Part shown: piece after piece, positions 12,883 to 22,656 of the stretch
Numbering within the stretch: the stretch's first letter is position 1
Layout: each line of letters begins with the position of its first letter
Assembly (NCBI RefSeq): GCF_036588685.1
Contig: NC_086384.1
Coordinates: 19,282,001 to 19,346,000 of the forward strand
Source: Mytilus trossulus
Lineage: Eukaryota
Length of the DNA: 64,000 bases
Direction of reading: 5' to 3'
The notes under the pieces: model-generated
Told to the model about the DNA's origin: nothing
Seen by the model: only the letters and a program-made list of their open reading frames with translations
The model's database searches: none
Program-made: the position numbers and the translations under genes

Positions 12883-15800
12883 TTAATTATTTAAATATAA
12901 GTGCTGTCTGCGTTTTGTAAATGAATGTTCTAAGAATCGAGCTGTTTTTCGAGGATATTCTGACAATAATAAATTTAACTTTTCACTGTTATTCAAATTT
13001 AATACGGTTTCACCAAGTCCAGAGAATAATTGATTACGTAGTCCATTGTAAAATTGGCATTCAATCAGAAAGTGTAGTTCATTTTCAATATGTCCGGAGT
13101 CGCACATTCTACATATCCGTTGGTATTCTGGCTCACCAACAAAACGTCCTGTTTCTAATCTTAGCGGAAGAATGCCACATCTAAACTGGGCCAGTACCGA
13201 TCTTTCTCTACGTTTTAAGTTTTGTTTAACATATGTTTCTGTTGAATATGTCGATTTAAAAGTTCTATATGTACGAAGTTTCGGAAAGTTAGATAAGTTT
13301 GTATGCCATTGTGTTGCACATATATCCATAAGTTTGTTTCTGACGCTATTAACATCACATTTTAGCATTTGTTGAAAGTTATCATCCATACCAACTAAAG
13401 ACATTATTGTTCTTACACTTGATGACCAATTGTTCGTAGATAATTCGTAGTCCCATAGGAACACCCTTTTACAAAGTCTACTACTGTCCATGTCCATCAA
13501 TCGGTTCCAATATCTAACCATATTACACCAGCGACGTTCTTTTGAAGGTAACCATCCGACATCTCCGTTGATAGCCAGCTTTGGAGCAAACTTGTGAACT
13601 CCCAAAAAGTATCTTATGGCCTTGTTTTGAATAGTGTCGATACAATTTAAGTCTTTAAAACCCCACACTGAAGAACAGTAGTCGAGTATAGGTACAATAC
13701 AAGAGACATACAGTTTTTCATAAGTCTTTATACCAAATTCTTTTAAACTGTGTATCTTAGATATAATAGCTCCGAGTGCTCTTCCACCAGCTGCAGAAAG
13801 ATTTTCAGCATTCGATGTATAGTCTTTTTTCTCGTTAAAAATTACTCCAAGGTATTTATATTTGTCTATAATTTGCAAGATGTTCCCTCCAATTCTAAAC
13901 TGAAATTCGCTCCGTTTTTTGCGAGATGCTCTGAAGTGTACAACTTTTGACTTGTCTGTATTAATTAAGACTCTCCATTTTTTACACCATTCATGTAATT
14001 TATCTAGCATCTTTTGCATATCACATTTATTCTCGGCCATCAGAACAATATCGTCCGCATATAAAAGTAAGGACAATTTCGATTCTCCAATTTTAATACC
14101 AAGTTCAAGTTGGTTGATTTCATCTACAAGATCATCAATAAAAACAGAAAATAATGTCGGAGATAAATTATCACCTTGCTTTACACCAGAGGTACATAAA
14201 AACCAATCGGACATTTTATTGTTTAATCGAATACTTGCGGTTGTTTGCACATATAAACTTTTAATAGAGTTATATATTTTCCCATCAATATTATTAAGCA
14301 ACAGTTTGTACAGCAACAAATCACGATCTACGAAATCAAAAGCCTTTTTTAGATCAATAAATGTGGCAATAACATTAGGATTGTTTTGTATTATGCTGTT
14401 AAGGGTGAATATATGATCCTCACATGAACGATTTTTACGAAAACCGTTTTGTTCCTCAGAAAGTAAATCATTGTCCTCCAGATATGAAGACACTCTATTG
14501 TTTATAAATCCACTGTACAGCTTCGAAACACACGACAACAAACTGATTCCTCGATAGTGAAGTGGAATGCGTTTATCTGATGATTTGTCTTTAAGTATCG
14601 GACAGGTGATGGCCTGGTGCCATAATGATGGTACAATGCTTGTGTCGAAAACTAGTTGAAACATAGAATATAGGACGGCGATAACGTTTTCTGTCTTCAA
14701 TACTTCATAAGGGATATAATCCATTCCACACTATTTTCCGTTTTTTTTTCTTGAGACAAGTCGCCTTATTTCATCTATAGTCATAGCTGAATTCAATTCT
14801 TCATTTTCAATTAACAAAGGATTGATCATTCTTTCTTCTAATAAGACTTTATGACTAATGGCATATTTTTGAAAATTACCATCGAATTCGTCCGCTGAAC
14901 TATCCATATTATATATATTTTCAAAATCTATTTTCCATTTTTCTAAAACGACCTTTCCATCACTAACAATTTCACCATCTTTGTCATATATTTCCATTGG
15001 AATAGAGGAATGTCTACGAGGCCCTAGCTGTTTGATTTTGTTCCAGAAATCCGTAGGATTATTCGTCGTCATAGTTTCAATGTCAGTGCACATACTTTGT
15101 TTATATTGCCTTTCATATTGGCGTAGCTTGCGGTCAAAAGTTTTTTGCGTTAACTGAAATTTTGTTCTTAGTTCATTTTTCATATTGGTACGTCCTTTAA
15201 ACTTCAAGTACTGTTTTTCTTTTAAATGCATATCATTCCATAATGTTTGTAGGTCATCGTTCGAAAATTGCTTTTTCACCTTTAGCCGTTTTTTCGAGGA
15301 TCCACTGGTGTTAAAAACTGGAATTTTATCGTTCATCTCCTGTATTATTATATCACAAAGTTCCGTGTATATATTATCTATATTTTCTTGAGTTTCTCTA
15401 GTTTGTTCAATGTGACTTATAACATTTTGCAATGCAATTTTACATATATCGGAGGAAAACATATCATTTGGCATTAATTTCAATTTAAATCGCTTCTTTG
15501 ATTGAGTAGGGTCGCCTGGCATGCTGTCGGTAAACATGGATTTTATAGATCTAAATTTTGTTACCAAGACTGAATGATCCGGAAGTTTGCTACGTTTACC
15601 AAGGAGGTTAAAAAGATTTGCCTTTTCTACAATAGATCTTGTTGTGATTGTTTCAAACGAAATACACTGGTCTAGATAATCTTGCGGGACACAGATGTAA
15701 TCTACCACGGATTTCCCTCTACCTGAAATGAATGTGAAGTTATCTTTATCTTCATCGAATCTTCCATTCAAGACGCACATTTTCGATTCGTTCAAAAATT

Positions 15801-16383
15801 CCAAAAAGGTGTTTCCATGTTGGTTAACGGTTTTATCAAGCGATAATCGTGACGGTAATTTATCAAAATCAGAATAATCCTTCAGTGATCCTATTCTTGA
15901 GTTAAAATCGCCACAGAGAAAAATAGCGTCTGTATCGCATTGTTCATATATATCAGATAAGATGTGTGCAAAATATCCTTGAGAGTCTCTTCCCCAAACT
16001 GAGTTTTCAGGAGGTAGGTAACACGAAAATACAATAAAGTTAAAATCTGTGCTTTTTGACTGAAATTTACCACAAATAACGCCATCTCGTATAATGTCAA
16101 TCGTTTCATATTTATATTCTTCAAAAATCCAGTTTTTAATCAAGAGTCCTACACCACCTGATGCCTTTGGGGCATTCCTATGTATATATTGTCTATTAAA
16201 TCCTTTCCAACTATAACCATCAACTTCAATTTCATCGATTTCTTTCAAATGCGTTTCACAGATACTAAAAATGTCTGCATTCACTTCCTTTAAAATTGCT
16301 GTACGTAATTCCTTATTATTTTGAGTCCATCCGCAAATATTTAAGTGTCCCAATCTAATAGTACCATTGTTCCGGGGGTTGTC
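12883..16383 (-). pseudogene. LINE ORF2 (apurinic endonuclease + reverse transcriptase + zinc knuckle) with one internal TAG
   Basis: APE motifs HLNICG, ICETHL, GGVG, YLPP, GDFNS, VVDY, PDH. RT motifs YRGISLL, QNGFR, FIDLKKAFD, GVKQGD, YADD, YKYLG. ORFs 14731-16353 and 12883-14724 are in the same frame, separated by TAG at 14733-14731 inside KNGK*CGMD. Confidence 0.93.
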
Positions 16384-17144
16384 CTAATCGTCCTTAGTTT
16401 CCATGTCAGTATTGTCAGTATCACTAACCGGTTCATTCGATTTTTTAAGAATTTTCCCGTTTGCGGTAACTCTGTACGATTTGCCTTGTGGTAATTCCCG
16501 TAAAATCGTACGCGTATTTGTTTCGATTAGTCGTTCAATACGGGATTTAGAGGATTGGATGTACACATGTTTGTAATAACTAACATCTTTTAGCTTGTGT
16601 TTATTTCTGAGTATAAGTATTTTCTGATCCTGACTTTGAAAACTGATTTTAACGAGACCTGGTTTGTTGTGAAATCTTGTTGTCAAGCGTTGTGTTGCAA
16701 CCACTGATATTTGAGAAGAAACTTCGCCTAAGCTGTCTATTATCTGTTGAACTTTGTCTGGGAGATTTTCGCCTTCAGTAAATGGTAAATTTTTTACTAT
16801 TACCGTTACGTCATTATCGTTTAACGGGTCTGCTGGTTGTGTATTACCTTTAACACCTTGATCATTATATTGATTGTTGAGGCCGTGGTCAGTAGGATTA
16901 GTAATACAGTTTTCAACTTGACCAACACGTACTGGAAGTGTTTGAACTGAGTTCACCAAGTCATCTAAACGTGACGATTCTTTAGCTATGTTTAAATAAA
17001 TATCATCTTTTAATATTCGAATTTTTTCGTCAATTGTAGATATAACATCATTTCTTAGCTTGTCAATTTTCGATTCAAACATCTTTTTCATACTGTCTTG
17101 ACCATCTTTAATTTCTTTAATACTTTCAACAATTGTTTTTATTG
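16384..17144 (-). CDS. LINE ORF1 fragment (coiled coil + RRM-like + C-terminal domain), N-terminus missing
   Basis: Heptad-rich segment, then VIVKNLPFTEGENL and VKISF...ILRNKHKLK...VYIQ, typical of LINE ORF1. The first few residues in the ORF track come from flanking DNA. Confidence 0.8.
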
Positions 17145-17365
17145 TTATTATTGACAAGTTAAAGTCCTCAAAAACTAATAAAAAGTGATTAAAATGTTTT
17201 AAGACTTTATCAGACAGCTAATCATTATACATGTAAAAGAATTATAAGAAAAAAAATGGGGGTCACCAGGCAAAATTTGTTAACTTCAGGCATTCAAATG
17301 GACAAAACCAGAGGATTCCGAAAATCTTACCAAAATTCCAAAACACGACAAGCGAGCTTCCGTAA
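17145..17365. mobile_element. Probable MITE remnant split by the LINE (other part ~12590-12707)
   Basis: The two flanks join across the TTATTA duplication (catagctTTATTAttgacaag) and both carry a GGTCACC motif. Family not determined. Confidence 0.4.
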
Positions 17366-19928
17366 TTCATGATGATTTGTCGTACTGATTGCTTCTGTAG
17401 AAGTAAAGTCATAACACAACCATGACATCCCTTAAGATAAATAAAACATCAAATCTCGCAAAAGGTCCCAAATGTTTAGAACTACAACATCAAGCAGAAC
17501 AAATGATTTCGATTGATGAATATTCTGCCCTTTTATTTAAAAGTTTATTTATACATCTTCTTTTATGTGTATATTTTTTGTTATAAATTATCATACATAT
17601 TTAACATTTAACAAGGGTTTGACAATGGTTAAATATTTTGTAGATCTTTTTTGTATCTCCATAATATATACTTTTTTAAAGGAAGAGCTTTACGTATGAA
17701 TTTTTAGATAAGATATCTTCTTCTGTCTGGTATGTTTTCCTGGTATTACCATCCATTCTAAAACCAAACGTTACAATACGACGGGTAACTCTTTTTGAGC
17801 AGCTTCTGTTTACCCTTTCGGAGCACCTGAGTTTTCCCTATGTTTTAAACAGGGTTCGTTGTGCTCAGTTTTTTGTTTTCTATGTTGTATTTTGTAATCT
17901 ATTGTTTGTCTTTTTCTTTTAAAGACCAAGCTTTGTTAGTTTATTTTCAACTTGTCAGTTTTAATGTCCCTTTTGTATCGATCGTCTTTTTTTTTTTAAA
18001 TGTATCATACATCTACCAAACTACAAAGATGAGGATGATATCAAGGCAGTATTCAAAACATTCAAGTCGAAGAAAACCTGTCACCGTCAAGACTAAAAAT
18101 GAAAACAGAGGGAGGCTACATTAAACTCAGCAACACAAAATAACAGATTCCAGATATTCACACTTCAGTAGAAGATGACACACCAGGAATTGTATTAGGG
18201 GATCAAACTTCTTGTTAGCTACGAATACTTGAAAATGTCAAAAACGGTATTTTGAAGTCTTACCACAAAATTTTGGACATGAGCAAAAACTTTATACGAA
18301 AAATGTCTTTCACTACAAGATGCTTTATACAAAGACCGGTGCCATATGTGAATACGAATCTTATCATAGAGCATGTACATTTAGTACATGACTTAAATAA
18401 TATAATTTTTACTTATAGCTGTCACTTTTGGAATATATAAATTACGAAGATACCAAACAAGAGCAATGAAGCATATGATAATTTTCCAAACCTTCTAAAA
18501 GGTGGACGAAGATAACAGAGGTACAGCCAAACTCATCAATTGAAAATAAACAGAAAGACAAATAATAGCACTGACGACACAACACAGAAACCCAAAGACA
18601 AAGCAACATGAATCTCACCAAAAACCTTGGAGTGATCTCAGGTGCTCCGGAAGGGTTAGCAGATTCTTCTCCACAAAACATTGCCTTATGTTTAGATATT
18701 TTAAAGTCAGACATAAATTCAAATCATAAAAATACAAATTGGTTTTTTTATCTATTGTATCCTAGTCATATAAAGCAAAAATATGTTTGTCATTAAGCAC
18801 CAAAAATTAAAAAGGCAAAACAAATCATTTTCTGACGTCATTGGATCGTCTTTAATATATATCTTAATTGATATGACCTTATGTTGTTGAACGGGATATG
18901 TTTTAAGGGTAGTAACCCTGCAAGGTATTAAATCGGTATCCAAAATCAAAATATGAAAGTGAAAGTGAAAGCTTCATTTAATATTTTTCAAAGGAAATTT
19001 TGAGATTCAGATTAAATTACTCTCAGCAGACAATTCAATTGTTAATAGACAAGAAGCATGTACCTGACAGATATCTGAAGAGCTCGTACTTTGAAACACG
19101 CCACAGCGAAGCTACCAAATATCAAGTAATTCATTTCCTTCAAAAGTGAAAAGTATGGAGTAAAATGCCAATGAAATATATACTCTACCCTTCAATGGAA
19201 ACTAGATGTTAATAATTAAGTGAGATAATCGAAATGGCATGATAGGAGCTGGCTTCACTATAATGTGATACAAATCTTCCAAAAACTAGACATATATCAC
19301 AAGACGAAAAAACAAAATGATCGCCATCACCTAAATTTGAGTATTTCGAAATATGTTTTTTTTTACAAAATAAAAGAATCTTTTTAATGATAAGTATTCG
19401 ATCGATGGAAAGTAGTTAAGAACTTTTAGAAAATATAGAGTATAGTATGCACTTTAACAACTTCTTTTAAAAAGTTATCTATCATACGTAGAAGAAAAAT
19501 ATATTTGTCCAGTTATTTCAATAAAATATTAATAACATCAAAAATATCATATACTGACGTCAATGTATGGACTAAAATATATGTCTAAATTGATATGAAG
19601 ATGTGTTGTTGGCCGTGATGTTTTTTAAGGTTAACCGAACGGTGTAAAATAGATATTGTAAATTAAGTTTAAGAAGTGAATGTCAATTTGAGGTTTTGAC
19701 CTAGAAATGTGAAAGTTCAGATCAGGCTGTTAGTCCCGCCCGAGAGTATCTTCAACATGCCTGTACCAAGTCAGGAATATGACCATTCGTTTTTATGTGT
19801 TTTGTCATTTGATTTTGCCATGTAATAAAGGACTTCCAATTTGGTTTTCCCCTGAGTCTAGTATTTTTGTGATTTTACTTTTTCTAATCACTGTGTCGGT
19901 GCTGCCATTATTGGTATACATCATTTAA

Positions 19929-20091
19929 GAAATAATTCTATCCTGCCATGCTCTATGCTCATTTTAACATGGGTAGGCATTATATTTGTTAATATCTTAA
20001 TACCGAGCGTTAGCGAGGTATTAAATGTTTACAAATATAATGCCTACCCATGTTAAAATGAGCATAGAGCATGGCAGGATAGAATTATTTC
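19929..20091. repeat. Long palindrome: perfect 61-bp inverted arms
   Basis: 19929-19989 is the exact reverse complement of 20031-20091. An inner TTAATACC/GGTATTAA stem closes a GAGCGTTAGCGA loop. Confidence 0.95.
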
Positions 20092-21795
20092 GATTCTAAT
20101 AGGAATATTTGAACTCTTTCACTTCGAAGCGGACCTATAGTAGACGCTCGGAATGTCACCATTTTGATTTCATGAGCCAAAAACGTTATAGGAAATCAGC
20201 AGTTTATCAATAAAAAAAGAACAGAAGCATTTAAACTTACTTTTAGAATGTTTCTATTTAATTTCCTAGCGAGCAACACCAACAAAAATGTCCATTTATG
20301 ATCTCTGGCGTTGTTCAAAATTCATCTGACGTTGCAATTTCAATTGTGACGTCAATCACGTGCAGCCCATGTTCTATTTGAATTAGAACACGGCTGTGTT
20401 TACAAAGCGTAATAAGGACGTCATATTAGAATTTGGTTTCAACTCCCGAAGGTAGAGTTGACCTTATCAAATTTGATTATTTTTCAAGGTCTCTTCTGAT
20501 AAAATGGTTCTTCCCGAGTTTAGGTTGGGTACAGCTTTGGCTTTCCAACATTTAGTTTAAGCATTATATATTTATTTATAAAATAAAGATGAATCAAGAG
20601 AAGCGCTTTCGACGCATGCTAATAATGAAGTGTTTTCTTTTTCGATTTTCTGGATAGAAACACTGTTTGTGGTCGGTTTTTTTGAAGGGTATCATCAACT
20701 CAGTAATAGTTGGTTCAGTTCTGTGATAGTTTTTTAACACGTTTTGATTTTCATACCCTGTTTATAAATGATATAAAAAAAGCAAGGCTCTTTCTTTTTT
20801 CTGGCAAAGTTTAATTTGTATTTTTGAGGTCACTTTTCATGTGGAACAGGTTTTGATTACCCTTCCGGAGCACCTGAGATCACCCCAATGTTTTGGTGGG
20901 GTTCGTGTGGTTTATTCTTTAGTTTTCTATGTGTGTCATGTGAACTAATATTTGTTTGTTTGCCTTTTTTGCATCTTAAGCCATGGACGGGTCAGTTTAT
21001 TTTCGATTTATGAGTTTGACTGTCCCTTTGGTATCTTTCGTCTCTTTTTTTATCGTAAAACTTTTTAAGTGTTTCGGTACTAACATTAGCTTCCAAACTA
21101 TTGTTTCTGTCTATTCATAACATCTCTTTGATTGCACGAAATTGTAAAATATTTATTTTCATTTACTAACATGTCATGGAAAATTTATATTTATTTGATT
21201 ATTTGGTAAAACAGTCTTATTTGTGTGCGCTATTTCTTACCTAATGGAAGATTTATATGTATACCAAAAATTTCATAACCTCATGGAATATTTGTATATT
21301 TGCCCTTTCGTACCTCATGGGATATTTGTATGTATAGTTACCATTTCGTACATCGTGGAAAATTTGTATATATGTATGTATACCATTTTGTACCTCATGG
21401 ACGATTTGTGTATACCATTTTGTACCACATGGAAAATTTGTATATATAGTTACCATTTCGTACCTCGTGAAAGATTTGTATGTATGTATGTTCATTATAC
21501 CATTTTGTACCTCATGGACGATTTGTGTATACCATTTTGTACCACATGGAAAATTTGTATGTATAGTTACCGTTTCGTACCTCGTGAAAGATTTGTATGT
21601 AAGTATGTATACCATTTTGTACCTCATTTGCGGTGTGTGTATTTAATTTTGTACCACATGGACAATTCGTATGTATAGTTACCGTTTCGTACCTTGTGGA
21701 AGATTTGTAAGTATGTTTGTATACCGTTTTGTACCACATGGAAATTTTGAATGTATATAAACTTATCCTAGATACCAGGACTAAATTTTGTATAT

Positions 21796-21839
21796 ACGCC
21801 AGACGCGCGTTTCGTCTACAAAAGACTCATCAGTGACGC
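21796..21839 (-). ncRNA. Type I hammerhead ribozyme, intact core
   Basis: The minus strand reads GCGUCA CUGAUGA GUCU-UUUGU-AGAC GAAA C-GCGC-G UC^ UGGCGU. Stem I, stem II, the conserved CUGAUGA/GAAA core and the GUC cleavage triplet are all present. Stem III is minimal, with palindromic ACGCGCGU. Confidence 0.92.
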
Positions 21840-22243
21840 TCGAATCCAAAAAAAGTAAAAAAAAAGGCCAAATTAAGTACGAAGTTGAAGAGCATTGAGG
21901 ACCAAAATTCCTAAACGTTTTGCCAAATCCAGCTTAGTTAATCTATGCCTGAGGTAGAAAAGCCTTAGTATTTCAAAAATTCTTAATTTTGTAAACAGTT
22001 AATTTATAAATATAACCATATCAATGATAATTAAAAAAGTGCTGACTACTGGGCTGGTGATACCCTCGGAGAAATTAATCTCCACCAGCAGTGACATCGA
22101 CCCAGTGGTTGTAAATAAACTCATCATAGATACCAGGACTAAATTTTGTACATACGTCAGGCGCGTTTCGTCTACAAAAGACTCATCAGTGACGCTCGAA
22201 TCCCAAAAAAGTTAAAATGGCCAAATATAGTACGAAGTTGAAG

Positions 22244-22332
22244 TTTAATTGCTACTTGTTTCTGGATCCTTATTGTGAATATGTGTTTATAATTTATACT
22301 TGTATTTATCATAATAAAATATTGTTTACACT
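22244..22332 (+). mobile_element. 89-bp insertion with 9-bp TSD, probably a 5'-truncated LINE 3' end
   Basis: AAGTTGAAG is duplicated at 22235-22243 and 22333-22341. The insert ends AATAAAatattgtttacact. Confidence 0.7.
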
Positions 22333-22611
22333 AAGTTGAAGAGCATTGAGGACCAAAATTCCTAAAAGTTTTGCCAAATCCAGCTAAGTTAATATATGCC
22401 TGAGGTAGAAAAGCCTAAGTATTTCAAAAATTCTAAATTTTGTAAACAGTTAATTTATAAATATAACCATATCAATGATAATTCATGTAGCAAAAAATGT
22501 TGACTACTGGGCTGGTGATACCCTCGGGGAAATTAATCTCCACCAGCAGTGACATCGACCAAGTGGTTGTAAATAAACTCATCATAGATACCAGGACTAA
22601 ATTTTGTATAT

Positions 22612-22656
22612 ACACCAGACAAGCGTTTCGTTTACAAAAGACTCATCAGTGACGCT
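22612..22656 (-). ncRNA. Hammerhead copy, core intact, stem II mismatch and stem III palindrome lost
   Basis: GCGUCA CUGAUGA GUCU-UUUGU-AAAC GAAA C-GCUU-G UC UGGUGU on the minus strand. Confidence 0.7.

Larger units (their letters stand above)
12706..17144 (-). mobile_element. Non-LTR retrotransposon (LINE, probably RTE-X clade), 5'-truncated within ORF1
   Basis: ORF1 + APE + RT + C-terminal CCHC motif. The 3' end on the minus strand is AATAAA (12741-12736) followed by a (TTGTA)5 tail (12730-12706). Candidate TSD TTATTA at 12702-12707 and 17145-17150. The clade is inferred from GVKQGDNLSP, LETGRF..CxxC..H....C and the microsatellite tail. Confidence 0.92.

Noticed and set aside
14725-14733. 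Separate endonuclease and RT genes, or programmed readthrough at this TAG
   Set aside because: The stop falls inside a conserved pre-RT motif in the same frame. A point nonsense mutation is the simpler explanation.
12921-15391. Antisense ORFs over the LINE (and 51123-51528 over NR0B)
   Set aside because: Shadow ORFs of real coding sequence with no independent support.
19049-19125. Possible internal coding exon (DKKHVPDRYLKSSYFETRHSEATKYQ)
   Set aside because: Weak splice signals, no recognisable homology and no linked exons.
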